64,000 nt of DNA from contig CAVPNL010000006.1 in assembly GCA_963706575.1 (NCBI GenBank), positions 320,001 to 384,000 of the forward strand. The letters are read 5' to 3'. The translations under genes and the position numbers were made by a program. The notes beneath the pieces were generated by a model. The model ran no database searches and was not told where the DNA came from. It saw only the letters and a list, made by a program, of their open reading frames with translations. Each line of letters starts with the position of its first letter. The first letter of the stretch is position 1. This stretch comes from an uncultured delta proteobacterium (lineage in GTDB: Bacteria; Desulfobacterota; Desulfobacteria; Desulfobacterales; JAHEIW01). Below, piece by piece: positions 20,231 to 31,035 of the stretch.

Positions 20231-21273
20231 AAGAGACGCTGAGGCAACCAAAGTTCCGCTATACGAATGAAACGGTCGGGTTGTTTGTATTGATCACCCT
20301 GCTGATTTTTGTCGCCGGACTGATTTATTCCGGTCAGGTTCGAAAGTGGTTTAACCCCGGGGAAACGCTCAAGGTGGTGCTGCCTGATGAAGGGCTTTTC
20401 GGCCTGACGGAAGGTTCGACAGTCGAGATTCTGGGAACCAAAGCCGGGGAGGTCCGGGATATCGTCATCAATCCCGATCAGAAGATACACGCGAATGTAC
20501 GAATTGATAGCGACATGGCGGTATTCGTTCGCAGCGATTCAAAAGCGACGATACGCAAGACGTTCGGCATTGCCGGTGATGCCTACCTTGAAATTACCCG
20601 GGGCACCGGGGCGCCGCTTGATTGGGAATATGCCGTATTAACCGTCGCGTCGGATCGCAAGACATCCGACACGCTGGCTGAATTGATCGATGAGCTGCGG
20701 GCCAAGGTTTTACCGGTTGTCGACGATGCCCACAAAGCAATCCTTATGCTGACGGCCGTTGCCAAGGATCTGCAGGATCCCGACAAGGGGGTTCAGCAGC
20801 TGATGGCAAATCTGAATTCCATCGCCGATCGGATCGATCGGGGGGAAGGGGCGATCGGGCGCTTGCTCACCGAAGATAAACTTATAAAGGATCTGGAAGC
20901 CCTGATCACCCGGATGGGCCCGATTTTTGACGATCTGGAAAAAATGATTCAAAACGTTTCGGAATTCTCCAAAGAATTCGATATCGAAACCGGTGATATT
21001 CCGCAGATTACCCGAAATCTCAAGAAGACCCTGGCGTCTATGGAAGAGGTGATGAAGGACCTTAGCCAGACCACACCTCAACTACCGCAGATTGCCAAAA
21101 ATGTTGGCGACACCACCGATTCGGTTCCGATACTCGTTTTGCAGGTGCAACAGGTGATGATCGAACTGGAACGTTTGATCCAGCAACTTCAGTCTCACTG
21201 GCTGCTGGGAGGCGGCTCCGGCCAACCGTCGCAGACAGCTACCCGAATATCGCCGCTGGAGGTGAACCCATGA
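20227..21273 (+). CDS. MlaD/MCE-family protein with long helical C-terminus
   Basis: N-terminal TM; GLTEGSTVEILGTKAGEV, GIAGDAYLEITRG; IDRGEGAIGRLL; GTGA overlap. Confidence 0.9.
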   Translation: MKETLRQPKFRYTNETVGLFVLITLLIFVAGLIYSGQVRKWFNPGETLKVVLPDEGLFGLTEGSTVEILGTKAGEVRDIVINPDQKIHANVRIDSDMAVFVRSDSKATIRKTFGIAGDAYLEITRGTGAPLDWEYAVLTVASDRKTSDTLAELIDELRAKVLPVVDDAHKAILMLTAVAKDLQDPDKGVQQLMANLNSIADRIDRGEGAIGRLLTEDKLIKDLEALITRMGPIFDDLEKMIQNVSEFSKEFDIETGDIPQITRNLKKTLASMEEVMKDLSQTTPQLPQIAKNVGDTTDSVPILVLQVQQVMIELERLIQQLQSHWLLGGGSGQPSQTATRISPLEVNP

Positions 21274-22250
21274 TCTCTTATCTTCGCACGCGTTATTGGG
21301 TTGGGCCCATCGGGTTAATCCTGGCTGCTGTCATTTTGACTGTGAGCGGTTGCGGATCTTCACCACCGAAGCAAAAGGGCCCGGCCATCGATGCGGATCT
21401 TGAACGGTTTAATCGGGCAGGGCGACTGGCCTTTGACAAGGGTCGACTGCAGCAGGCTGCCAGTTTTTACCGCAAGGCGCTGGACCGTGCCTATGTGCGT
21501 GACGATACGGCAGCGATCCTTGACGCCCAATACAATCTGGCATTATGTTTAATGAATTTGCAATCCTACGAGGAGGCGCTGCGTGTGGTTCAGGACGCCA
21601 ACAGCGAGATGGCGCGAGCGGGTCGTGGCAATTCGCTGGATTTTCTTCTCCTGGAAGCCACCATCCTTCACCGCCGTGGGAATTTGGAAAAAGCCTGGAA
21701 GATTACAGACCAAATCCTATCGCCTGCGACCAAGGCTTCTGAGGTTGTTAAGAGCAAAACTCACTTCTTGCGGGGATTGATAGCAAGCGAACAGGACGAT
21801 GTTGATCAGTTGCACACGGCAATCGCCTCCCTCGGACAACCGGAACAACCCCGGCTGCGCGCAGATCGTCAGGAGTTGGTGGGGCATCTGGCCATGGCAG
21901 AATATAACTGGGATGCTGCCATGGAAGCATTTGACACAGCGGCGAAACTGCGCCGTGAAGCGCTTAACTATCGAGGTATGGTGAAAGTTCTGGCTCTGGC
22001 AGGCCAAGCCAGCGAAAAGGCGGGACGCCCAAAGGAAGCTTCGATCCGTTACCTTAGAGCCGGGCGTAGCGCCATGTTGCAGGGCCTGTTCGATGACGCC
22101 CGGAAATGGCTGAATCTATCCCTGCAACTTGCAAACAACGCTGGAGAAGATAAAATAAATCAGGAGGCGCGCAGCTTTTTGCTGCAGATAGAAGCGCTAA
22201 CCGCAGGGGCACCGGACAGCTCCGGTGACGAGGCGACTTTGTTAGAATAA
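21270..22250 (+). CDS. TPR-repeat lipoprotein
   Basis: Lipobox VSGC; TPR-like repeats (GRLQQAASFYRKAL, AQYNLALC); ATGA overlap. Confidence 0.75.
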   Translation: MISYLRTRYWVGPIGLILAAVILTVSGCGSSPPKQKGPAIDADLERFNRAGRLAFDKGRLQQAASFYRKALDRAYVRDDTAAILDAQYNLALCLMNLQSYEEALRVVQDANSEMARAGRGNSLDFLLLEATILHRRGNLEKAWKITDQILSPATKASEVVKSKTHFLRGLIASEQDDVDQLHTAIASLGQPEQPRLRADRQELVGHLAMAEYNWDAAMEAFDTAAKLRREALNYRGMVKVLALAGQASEKAGRPKEASIRYLRAGRSAMLQGLFDDARKWLNLSLQLANNAGEDKINQEARSFLLQIEALTAGAPDSSGDEATLLE

Positions 22251-22279
22251 ATATAAATTGCCGGCTCAACGGTTTTCGG

Positions 22280-25200
22280 TTATTGAGCCAATTTATCTGC
22301 TAATTTTAATATCCCATCGAAATCGAAGTCTTCGGTCATTTGAATGAAGCTCTCAGCGATCGGCGCAAATGCCTCGGAGTTGGATTGGAAATTTTCTGCA
22401 ATTGTTTTGATGCGGATGACGTCTCCCATTTCGGCCGCTTCCCGGATACGATCGGCAGCCTGTTTGGCCAGTTCCGGAGGTATTTCCCCTAACGCTGCGG
22501 CAGACGGTTTGGCGGGTTTTTCAGGAGCAGGATGACCCAGAACCCGGACGGATTTGAGGGCCGCCTGGAGTGCTTTTTTCAGTTCGACGAATATCTGATT
22601 CAGCTTCTGTTTGGATAATCCCTTTTTCGGACCGCCTTTTACCTGTTTTTCCATTTCAATCGCCGCCGCCTGAAGATCGGTGGCCGCCAGATTTCCGGCC
22701 AGACCTTTGAGATTGTGAACCAGGCTGTGGGCCTGCTCAAAATCTTTGGCCTCCAGCGCTTGCCGGATTTCATCTGCGGCGCCGGCATATTTGACACCAA
22801 AGTCCAGCAGCAGTTTGCGATAAAGTTTTTCATTCCATTGCAGGCGTTTGAGCCCGTCTTCCAGGTCAAATCCCGGCAGGGAGTTCGGAAATTTTTCGGC
22901 GTCTGGCTCAGATACACCCGTGGCGATTGCTTCTGTGGAAACTTTCGGTTGCTCAGTATGAATTCTCTCTTTATCGGGTTTGATCCATTTCTGCAGAGTT
23001 GAAAACAGCTGGTCCGGGTCAATCGGTTTGGTGACATGGTCGCTCATGCCGGCCGCTATACTTTTTTCCGCATCTCCGGCCATGGCGTGTGCCGTCATCG
23101 CTATGATCGGCACATTTCGGATTTCGGATTTCAGATTTCGGATTTCCCGCGTAGCGGTGTATCCATCCATTACCGGCATCTGAACATCCATGAGCACCGC
23201 ATCATATTCATTTTTATTGATGGCATCGATGGCTTCCTGACCGTTGTTGGCCAGGCTGACGTTGAGCCCGGCACCTTCAAGAATCTCTCGTGCCACCTGC
23301 TGGTTAATTTCGTTGTCTTCCACCAGCAGCACGTGGGCGCCCTGGATGTGCTTCAATACATCGGCTTCTTTTTGCCCTCTGCGGCCAACCCGTGATTTCT
23401 GAGGTACGGCTTCGCCAAATGCCTGCATGGTGGCGTCAAAAAGCACCGAGGGGCTGACAGGCTTGAGCAGAAAGCCGTCCAGCCCCACCTGCTCGGCCTG
23501 TTGCATCACTTCTTCGCGGCCGTAGGCGGTCACCAGGATAATGGCCGGGATTTTTATCAACCCGGGGTGATTTTTGATCCATCGGGAGGCCTCGATGCCG
23601 TCCATCTCGGGCATCTTCCAGTCCATGACCACCAGCTCGAAAGGCTGATCTTGCGGCGCGCTCTCCAGCGCGCTGATCCCCTCGGCTCCGGAGGCGGCCA
23701 CGGTGACCTTGAAGGTAAAGGATTCGAGCATGCCTTTTAAAATCTCTCTGGAAGTGACGTTGTCGTCCACCACCAGGACTTTTGTGCCCCGCAAATCCGG
23801 CAAAGTCACAAAGCGCTTTTCCGCGCGTTCTTTGCCGAGGCCAAAGTTAACGGTGAAACTGAAGGTGGTTCCCTGGCCGTATTCGCTTTCCACCCAGATC
23901 TCGCCGCCCATCATGTTCACCAGTTTTTTGCTGATGGCCAAGCCCAGTCCGGTACCGCCGTATTTGCGGGTGGTGGAGGTGTCGGCCTGGGTAAAGGACT
24001 GAAACAATTTGCCGGTCTGTTCCTCGGTCAGCCCGATACCGGTGTCTCTAACTGAAAATTTCAAAGTGACCCGGTCCTGATTGTGTTCGAGCAGCTCACT
24101 GGACACCACGATTTCACCGGAATCGGTGAATTTGACCGCATTGTTGGCCAGATTGATCAGCACCTGGCCCAGTCTTAACGGATCCCCCACCAGAAAGCGG
24201 GGCACCTCCCAGTTGATATTGAACAGCACCTCCAGGTCTTCTTTTTCCTGGGCTTTGACCGTGACCAGGTTGGCCAGATTGTCCATGACATTTTCCAGGT
24301 TGAAATCGACGGTCTCGATATCCATTTTGCCGGCTTCAATCTTCGAAAAATCCAAAATGTCATTGATGATGCCCAAAAGCGCATCGGCTGATGACTGGAT
24401 TTTTTTCAGATAGTCACGCTGTTTGGGAGATAAATCGGTTTTTAGCGCCAGGTGCGCCATGCCGATGACCGCATTCATGGGCGTGCGGATCTCGTGGCTC
24501 ATATTGGCCAAAAAATCACCCTTTGCTTTGTTGGCCTCGTCGGCGGCGCGCCTGGCACGGATGAGTTCTTCCTCCATCTGCTTGCGCTCGGTGATATCCT
24601 GTTTGACCGCCACGAAATGGGTAATTTCAGCTTCATTGTTTTTTATCGGTGAAATCGAAGCGCTTTCCCAGTATTCCTCGCCGGTTTTCTTTTTGTTAAT
24701 AAAATCGCCCCGCCAGGTTTTGTCGGAAAGAATGGTATCCCACAGATTTTTGTAAAATGATTCTGGAAGATTGCCGGACTTTAAGACCCTGGGGTTGTTT
24801 CCAATGGCCTCTTCTAAGGTATAACCGGTGACTTTGCAAAAAGTGGGGTTGACATATTCAATGGTGCCGTCTTTGGCGGTAATCACAACCGAAGCCGGGC
24901 TGTTCTCGGTTGCCCGTGACAGCTTACGGGCTTGCTCTTGCGCGTTTCGGCCTTCGGTAATATCGACGATGGAACCGGCCATGCGGTAAGCTCGGCCGCT
25001 GTCATCCCACAGCGCCTGACCCATGGTGCGGTACCAACGGTATTCGCCGGATTTGCATCTTAGCCGAATCACTTCATTGAAGGGGGCACGATTGTCCAGG
25101 TGGTTTTGTAATTTGGCGACAATTGCATCGTGGTCAGCGGGGTGCAGGCTGTTTTCCCAGCCGGGAAATGAATCTTCACTTTCATCGCCGGAATAGCCCA

Positions 25201-26692
25201 GTAATTCCTTGAAGCGCTCCGAATACCAGGTTTTGCCGGTCTGCGGCTCTAAATCCCAGAGACCGCCGCCGGCGGCTTTTACGGCCAGCGAAAACCTTTC
25301 TTCACTTTCAGAAAGTTTAGCGGTTCTTTCCTCAACGCGAATTTCCAGCTCATCGTGGGATTTCTGCAATGCACGGCTGGCGCGCTCTTCGATGACCACA
25401 GCAAACACCAGTGAGCCCAGTGCCAGCAAAACCGTGATTGCCAACACCGTCAGGATCACCGTGCGCGTGGTATAATAGGGGCCGAGGGCATCGGCTTCAT
25501 CGATTTCGGTGGTCAGCCCGATTTGCAGCTGATGATCCCATAACCAGGCGCCGTATGCCCGCACGCCCCGGTAGTCCCGGTATCCTGCCACATTCAGGCC
25601 GGATTTTCCCTGGGTTGCTTCCCGGGCCATGAGAGTCAGCGGTTGCTGGTATCTGGGAACCGACGGCCTGAAACCTTTGGTCATATCTCCGCCGGGATCC
25701 CGCACGCTGATGGATAAAATGCTCTTTTCGCCCTCACTGATCAGCCCGATTTTAAGTAGATCTTTATCAAAACGGCTTTCAGAAAGTAGTTTGCCGTAGC
25801 GGTTAAACGCATACGTTTCACCGCTTTTGCCGATTCTTCCCAGCTGAATGATCCGGCTAAAATCCTTGGAGGGATCGACCCGCTGGGCGATAACGGCGAT
25901 AATCTCTTCTTGTTTATTTTTTATCGGAGCGGCGAAGAACATGCTGGCAGAGGCCCTGGGTTTATCTTCAGAAGATGGGCTTAAAGCGACATCAGACCAT
26001 AGGGGCGGCACCATGACGGTCTCACCCTGAAATGCCCGGTTAAGAAGATCCAATGCCTGGCTGGCGATCAGGTTTTTGTTCCCTATAGTATGGTTGCGCA
26101 TGGAGGCGATATTAACAAAATCCGGAGAGATGACAAAAAATCCGGTTAGTCCAGCCCGGTCTCTATTGCGCCTGAAAAAGGCGCGTAATTCCACAAAAGC
26201 TTTACTTTCAAACAAAGATGTTTTGTTGCGGGGGATGCGCAAAAGATTTTCAGTTAGAGAAACCAACTGCGGATCCTCGGCAAGACGGGTCAGCTGAAAC
26301 TTGTTGGATTCGACCCACAGGTTCAGCGATTCCTGAGTGGTTTGCAAAACGATTTGCAGGGCGTTGCCCACCTCGGCTTGAATTTTCTCTTTGACCTTAT
26401 CAAGGGCGAACCAGGCCAGAGCGGACACCAGCAGCATAAAACAGCCGACTAAAATAATTAAAATGCTTAATTTTTGAGTCGATCCGTGCTCTGATGAAAG
26501 CAGATCGCCTCTGGCCCGCTTTAAGCGCCGGAGCAAAAAAACCAGCAGACCCCCGATAATTATTGCGGCAACAATCATCGAAAGCAAAAACATGAAACTG
26601 GTGTCGTTATGCACCAACGTGTCCGCCCAGGCGTTTGGCAGAATTAATAAAAATATTGTCAGGGTGATGAAACCACCCATCCATCGCGGCAT
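22280..26692 (-). CDS. Hybrid sensor histidine kinase (Cache-like, 2x PAS, HisKA, HATPase, 2x REC, Hpt)
   Basis: [50 protein letters not shown], Hpt [11 protein letters not shown]. Confidence 0.95.
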   Translation of the reverse strand: MPRWMGGFITLTIFLLILPNAWADTLVHNDTSFMFLLSMIVAAIIIGGLLVFLLRRLKRARGDLLSSEHGSTQKLSILIILVGCFMLLVSALAWFALDKVKEKIQAEVGNALQIVLQTTQESLNLWVESNKFQLTRLAEDPQLVSLTENLLRIPRNKTSLFESKAFVELRAFFRRNRDRAGLTGFFVISPDFVNIASMRNHTIGNKNLIASQALDLLNRAFQGETVMVPPLWSDVALSPSSEDKPRASASMFFAAPIKNKQEEIIAVIAQRVDPSKDFSRIIQLGRIGKSGETYAFNRYGKLLSESRFDKDLLKIGLISEGEKSILSISVRDPGGDMTKGFRPSVPRYQQPLTLMAREATQGKSGLNVAGYRDYRGVRAYGAWLWDHQLQIGLTTEIDEADALGPYYTTRTVILTVLAITVLLALGSLVFAVVIEERASRALQKSHDELEIRVEERTAKLSESEERFSLAVKAAGGGLWDLEPQTGKTWYSERFKELLGYSGDESEDSFPGWENSLHPADHDAIVAKLQNHLDNRAPFNEVIRLRCKSGEYRWYRTMGQALWDDSGRAYRMAGSIVDITEGRNAQEQARKLSRATENSPASVVITAKDGTIEYVNPTFCKVTGYTLEEAIGNNPRVLKSGNLPESFYKNLWDTILSDKTWRGDFINKKKTGEEYWESASISPIKNNEAEITHFVAVKQDITERKQMEEELIRARRAADEANKAKGDFLANMSHEIRTPMNAVIGMAHLALKTDLSPKQRDYLKKIQSSADALLGIINDILDFSKIEAGKMDIETVDFNLENVMDNLANLVTVKAQEKEDLEVLFNINWEVPRFLVGDPLRLGQVLINLANNAVKFTDSGEIVVSSELLEHNQDRVTLKFSVRDTGIGLTEEQTGKLFQSFTQADTSTTRKYGGTGLGLAISKKLVNMMGGEIWVESEYGQGTTFSFTVNFGLGKERAEKRFVTLPDLRGTKVLVVDDNVTSREILKGMLESFTFKVTVAASGAEGISALESAPQDQPFELVVMDWKMPEMDGIEASRWIKNHPGLIKIPAIILVTAYGREEVMQQAEQVGLDGFLLKPVSPSVLFDATMQAFGEAVPQKSRVGRRGQKEADVLKHIQGAHVLLVEDNEINQQVAREILEGAGLNVSLANNGQEAIDAINKNEYDAVLMDVQMPVMDGYTATREIRNLKSEIRNVPIIAMTAHAMAGDAEKSIAAGMSDHVTKPIDPDQLFSTLQKWIKPDKERIHTEQPKVSTEAIATGVSEPDAEKFPNSLPGFDLEDGLKRLQWNEKLYRKLLLDFGVKYAGAADEIRQALEAKDFEQAHSLVHNLKGLAGNLAATDLQAAAIEMEKQVKGGPKKGLSKQKLNQIFVELKKALQAALKSVRVLGHPAPEKPAKPSAAALGEIPPELAKQAADRIREAAEMGDVIRIKTIAENFQSNSEAFAPIAESFIQMTEDFDFDGILKLADKLAQ
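23114..23146. repeat. In-frame heptamer tandem repeat (ATTTCGG) inside the kinase REC2 domain
   Basis: ATTTCGG ATTTCGG ATTTCAG ATTTCGG ATTTC, read on the minus strand as [11 protein letters not shown]. Confidence 0.85.
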
Positions 26693-26814
26693 GCTATACC
26701 TCTTTCATAACGTATTTAGAAATCAAAATAAGTCTTCATATAAAATATTGCAATGATCGATACAAGTTGATTATATTCCGATTTAAAACGAGCCCGCTTT
26801 TCGAGGATTCTGCC

Positions 26815-27966
26815 ATGAACAAAGAAGCGATTAATAAATGGGTATTGTTGCTGCTGGTATTTTTTATTTCAGCGCTTTTTTTGTCGATGATCCGCCAGTT
26901 TCTGATGGCCATTTTCATGGCCGGTATTTTCTCGGCGCTGTCCTATCCTTTGTACCGGCGGTTTGAACGCTGGTTTAAAGGCCGGCGCACCCTGGCCTCC
27001 CTTGCGACCCTTGTTCTGATTATCGTTGTTGTTATTTTACCGCTGGGTGGGTTGCTGGGGATCGTTACCGGCCAGGCGATTAAGGTCGGCGAAGCCGTTA
27101 CACCCTGGGTGTCACGGCAACTCTCCCAACCGGATGCGATATCTGATGCGCTGAAATCTCTTCCGTTTTATGATAAAGTTGAGCCTTACCGCAATCTGAT
27201 TTTAACCAAAGCCGGAGAGTTGGTCGGCCATATCAGCGGCTTTTTAATCAACCGTCTTCGATCCGCTACCCTCGGTACGGTCAACTTCATATTTATGCTG
27301 TTCATCATGCTGTATACGATGTTCTTTTTTTTCATGGACGGCCCAAAATTGATCGATAAAATCCTCTATTACCTGCCGTTAGAGGATCACGATGAGCGCC
27401 TCATGCTGAACAAATTCACCTCGGTCACCCGCGCCACGCTTAAAGGCACGGCGGTCATCGGCATTTTGCAGGGTACATTGGCCGGAGCGGCCTTTGCCGT
27501 GGTGGGGATTGACAGTGCGGTGTTTTGGGGCACCATCATGGCGGTGCTGTCCTTTATCCCCGGCATTGGTACCGCTCTGGTATGGGTGCCGGCGGTAATT
27601 ATTCTGGCCGCCACCGGACACCCGGCCAAAGCCATCGGGCTAGGGGTGTTCTGTGCGGCGGTGGTCGGCAGCATTGATAATCTGCTGCGCCCCATTCTGG
27701 TGGGCAGAGACACCCAGATGCACGAATTAATGATCCTTTTCGGGACGCTGGGCGGCATTATCATGTTCGGTGTGCTGGGCATCATTATCGGCCCGATCAT
27801 CGCGGCCCTGTTTCTAACGGTATGGGAGATCTATGGTGTGGCGTTTCAGGATGTTTTGCCCACTGCGGCCGTCTCCGGGTCAGATGGTAAACCAAAGAAC
27901 TCAGGTGCTGAAATACTTTCCGATGATGTTGACGCTGATGCGGACGCTCCGCCGGAAGACCTTTAA
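26815..27966 (+). CDS. AI-2E family (PerM/YdiK) transporter
   Basis: LSYPLY, FFFMDG, SFIPGIGTALVWVP, IDNLLRPIL, FGVLGIIIGP; ATG at 26815 follows GAGG. Confidence 0.9.
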   Translation: MNKEAINKWVLLLLVFFISALFLSMIRQFLMAIFMAGIFSALSYPLYRRFERWFKGRRTLASLATLVLIIVVVILPLGGLLGIVTGQAIKVGEAVTPWVSRQLSQPDAISDALKSLPFYDKVEPYRNLILTKAGELVGHISGFLINRLRSATLGTVNFIFMLFIMLYTMFFFFMDGPKLIDKILYYLPLEDHDERLMLNKFTSVTRATLKGTAVIGILQGTLAGAAFAVVGIDSAVFWGTIMAVLSFIPGIGTALVWVPAVIILAATGHPAKAIGLGVFCAAVVGSIDNLLRPILVGRDTQMHELMILFGTLGGIIMFGVLGIIIGPIIAALFLTVWEIYGVAFQDVLPTAAVSGSDGKPKNSGAEILSDDVDADADAPPEDL

Positions 27967-28346
27967 ACATATGCCGTGGCTGTAATTTCCACCCGAGTGC
28001 CGAAAGGCAGACTGCCCGCCTGGATACAGGTTCGCGCCGGGCGGTTTTCTTTAAAATATTTTTTATAGACTTCGTTAAAGCGGGCGTACTCTTCGATGTC
28101 GAGTAGATAAACGGTAACCGTTAAAACCTTGTCCAGCGAAGATCCGGCCTCTTCTAAAATAATCCGCAGGTTTTCCAACCCCAGTTCGGCTTCTTCTTCC
28201 ACTGTACCCAGTTTGATTTCATTGGTCTGCGGATCGACCGCTCCCAGACCGGACAAATAAATGATTCCGTTGTGTATGATGGCCTGGGAATAGGGCCCGC
28301 CCGTCACCGCCGCCTTATCGGTTTGAAAAACTATTTTCTCTTCCAT
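27963..28346 (-). CDS. RidA/YjgF family enamine deaminase
   Basis: GPYSQA, LSG, NEVY..YF...PART, LP...VEI; ATG at 28346 follows AGGAG. Confidence 0.92.
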   Translation of the reverse strand: MEEKIVFQTDKAAVTGGPYSQAIIHNGIIYLSGLGAVDPQTNEIKLGTVEEEAELGLENLRIILEEAGSSLDKVLTVTVYLLDIEEYARFNEVYKKYFKENRPARTCIQAGSLPFGTRVEITATAYV

Positions 28347-28404
28347 CTTTCTCCTATTCATTATTCATCGCAATGCTTTTCGTTTCATCCCCCAAATAGA
28401 GTAT

Positions 28405-28427
28405 GTGGGAGCGGCATTTTGCCGCGA
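28405..28427 (+). repeat. Single GTGG-type REP-like sequence
   Basis: GTGG-GA-GCGGCA-TTT-TGCCGC-GA: tetranucleotide foot plus short GC-rich hairpin. Confidence 0.6.
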
Positions 28428-28430
28428 TAT

Positions 28431-28580
28431 ACTAGAGTTCATCTCAAAAATGTCTTTTGTCCCAATATCTTTGTTGGAGCCTCGTTTTAAATCCTCGACA
28501 TACAACAGTATGCCTGCGGTTTAAAGCTCGGCCCCGCCGCGATCTTGAACCAAAATCCTATTTTTGAGATGGGTTCTAGT
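28431..28580. mobile_element. MITE-like element, family B copy 1 (150 bp)
   Basis: Terminal inverted repeats ACTAGAGTTCATCTCAAAAA and TTTTTGAGATGGGTTCTAGT (17/20), CTAG at both ends, no ORF; second copy at 60845. Confidence 0.8.
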
Positions 28581-28595
28581 ATTTTGAACCGAGTT

Positions 28596-29291
28596 TTAGA
28601 TGCCGCAGATACGCCTGACCTCGTCATTGTCGATCAACTCTTCAACAGGTCCCTCGTAACAAATCCTGCCGTTGTCGATAATGTAGCCGTAGTCGCTTAA
28701 GGCCAGGGTGAATTTAAAGTTTTGTTCGGCGAGCAAAACGGTTAAGCCGACCTCTTTAAGCTTTTGGATGCGTTCTCCCAGAGTTTTCACCAGCACCGGC
28801 GCCAGCCCTTCGGTGGGTTCATCCAGCAAGAGAAACTGCGGATTGGTCATCAAGGCCCGTCCGACGGCCAGCATTTTTTGCTCGCCACCGCTCAGCAGTC
28901 CTCCCTTGCGGCTATCCATTTCTTTTAAGGCGGGAAATAAATCATAGACTTTTTGTTTATCCCATTGTTCGCCCGCGGCGCTGGCGCGTTCGGCAATTTC
29001 CAGATTCTCGCCGACGGTCAGGTCGGCAAAGATGCGGCGGTCATCCGGCACCCAGCCCATTCCTTGGCGGACGAGTTTATACGGCGGAGTCCCGGTTACA
29101 TCTGCATCATTAAACCGGATTTGACCCTGGGCGGGCGGATTTAAACCCATGATGCTTCTAAATGTGGTGGTCTTGCCGGCGCCGTTTCGTCCCAGCAGAC
29201 AGACGACCTGCCTCTTTTTGACTTTTAAAGACACATCAAAAAGAATGTGGCTCAAGCCGTAATAGGTGTGAATTCCTTCAACCTCGAGCAT
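28596..29291 (-). CDS. livF: Branched-chain amino acid-type ABC transporter ATPase
   Basis: GRNGAGKTT, LSGGEQKML, LLDEPTEGLAP, LAEQN. Confidence 0.9.
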   Translation of the reverse strand: MLEVEGIHTYYGLSHILFDVSLKVKKRQVVCLLGRNGAGKTTTFRSIMGLNPPAQGQIRFNDADVTGTPPYKLVRQGMGWVPDDRRIFADLTVGENLEIAERASAAGEQWDKQKVYDLFPALKEMDSRKGGLLSGGEQKMLAVGRALMTNPQFLLLDEPTEGLAPVLVKTLGERIQKLKEVGLTVLLAEQNFKFTLALSDYGYIIDNGRICYEGPVEELIDNDEVRRICGI

Positions 29292-30025
29292 TATTCGTCT
29301 CCCAGGTAGGCTTGCTGGACTTCGGTGTTCTGTTTCACGGTTTGCGGGTCGCCCTGGACGATGGTGCGGCCCTGCTGCATGACCATGATGCTTTGAGCCG
29401 TGCCAAAAACCACCTCCATGTCATGTTCGCAAAATAAAATCGTCAAGCCATGGTCTGCGGCCAAACGCTGTATCAGCGCCATGGTGGTGGCAGTTTCCTC
29501 CGGCGACATGCCGGCGGTGGGTTCGTCCAAAATCAGCAAGTGCGGTTCATTTCCCAGGGCAATGGCAATCTCCAGGGTGCGCTTGTCTCCGTGGGACAAC
29601 GAACCGGCCACATCCATTTTTTTATCCAATAGACCGACACTTTCCAGAATACGGTGGGTTTCTTCCACCACCAGTTGGGCCGCCGGCTGAAACAACTTAT
29701 CGCTGAGCTTCTGCTGGGAAAGAACCGAGATCTGCACATTGCGAAAGACTGAAAGCCGCGGGAAAACATTGGCAATCTGAAATGAGCGGGCGACGCCTTT
29801 GCGGCAGATGACATGCGGTGGCAATTTGCCGATATCTTCATCGTTTAACAGGATCTTGCCGCTGTCGGGCCGCAACTGCCCGGTAATCAGGTTGAACAAT
29901 GTGGTTTTACCGGCCCCGTTGGGCCCGATCACGGCCACCAGTTGTCCCTTTTCTACGGTTAAATGCGCAGCGTTTACGGCTTTAAAGTCATCAAATGATT
30001 TATGCAAATCCTCAACGTGCAGCAT
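29291..30025 (-). CDS. livG: Branched-chain amino acid-type ABC transporter ATPase
   Basis: GPNGAGKTT, ARSFQ, LSHGDKR, LDEPTAGM, EHDM, VQQAYLG. Confidence 0.9.
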   Translation of the reverse strand: MLHVEDLHKSFDDFKAVNAAHLTVEKGQLVAVIGPNGAGKTTLFNLITGQLRPDSGKILLNDEDIGKLPPHVICRKGVARSFQIANVFPRLSVFRNVQISVLSQQKLSDKLFQPAAQLVVEETHRILESVGLLDKKMDVAGSLSHGDKRTLEIAIALGNEPHLLILDEPTAGMSPEETATTMALIQRLAADHGLTILFCEHDMEVVFGTAQSIMVMQQGRTIVQGDPQTVKQNTEVQQAYLGDE

Positions 30026-30029
30026 TTAT

Positions 30030-31028
30030 TTACTCCATCTGGCCTTCGCTTGCATATTTCGCGCGGGACCGAAAAAGTTGTCGGTAATTATAGCCCATGA
30101 TGCCTTCGGGCAGAAAGAAAATCAGTAAAATTAAAATGATTCCCATAATGAGGGTCCAATATTCTCCGACGTTCTCTATCGGTCCGATATTCTGTATCAT
30201 ACCAACGAAGGTACGCAAGGAGACAATGATGACGGCGCCCAAAATGGGACCGGCAAATGTAAACCAGCCGCCCAGCAGACACATGATGAATATTTCAAGG
30301 GACAATACCCAGAACAGCAGATCCGGAAAAATCGATCCCTCCACCACCACAAAGAGGACGCCGGCAACGCCCCCGAAGAATGTAGCGATGACAATGGCCT
30401 TGAGCTGGTGGCGGCGCACATGGATGCCCACGGCGGCACAGCGCTCCGGGTTGTCGCGGATAGCCTCCAGTGTTGAGCCGAAAGGTGATTTTAAAATCAA
30501 ATACATCAGGACCAAACAAATTCCCAGGACAATCAACACAAAATAATAAGAACTGGTTGTGGATGCGATAAAATCAGGGATCGGGATGCCGTGAATCCCG
30601 TCATCGCCGCCGGTGAGGTCGTACCAACGAAATGCGATGGCCCAGATCAAGGATCCCAGCGAGATCTGCAGCATGCCGAAATACAATCTGTTCAAACGGA
30701 TACAGAATATGCCGATCAGCAAGCCGGCAAAAGCGGCCGCCAGAGGCCCGGCCATAAAAGCGATCCACCATGGCAGAGACGTCTTGGCCAATAACAGGCC
30801 GGCCGTATAGGCACCGACACCGTAAAAGACCCCGTGGTGGAATTGAAATATCATCCCATGGCCCACGCATAAATTTAAGCTCATGGCCAGCAGCACCGTA
30901 ACAAAGATGACGGCCAGAAAATAAATGTAGAATCTCGGCAGGAATGAGGGCGCCAGAAGCAGGATTGCAATAATAGCGACACTTACGCCGAAAGGCTTTT
31001 GCCGGATCATCTCACTAAACAATGCCAA
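30030..31028 (-). CDS. livM: Branched-chain amino acid-type ABC permease
   Basis: FYGVGAY, LTGGDDG, SPFG..LEAIRDN, LLGG...F.GPILGA. Confidence 0.9.
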   Translation of the reverse strand: MALFSEMIRQKPFGVSVAIIAILLLAPSFLPRFYIYFLAVIFVTVLLAMSLNLCVGHGMIFQFHHGVFYGVGAYTAGLLLAKTSLPWWIAFMAGPLAAAFAGLLIGIFCIRLNRLYFGMLQISLGSLIWAIAFRWYDLTGGDDGIHGIPIPDFIASTTSSYYFVLIVLGICLVLMYLILKSPFGSTLEAIRDNPERCAAVGIHVRRHQLKAIVIATFFGGVAGVLFVVVEGSIFPDLLFWVLSLEIFIMCLLGGWFTFAGPILGAVIIVSLRTFVGMIQNIGPIENVGEYWTLIMGIILILLIFFLPEGIMGYNYRQLFRSRAKYASEGQME

Positions 31029-31035
31029 TTCCTTT

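Noticed and set aside
27963..27966. Shared TTAA stop between the AI-2E and RidA genes as a transposon footprint
   Set aside because: A four-base convergent stop overlap is common, and there is no other sign of an insertion.
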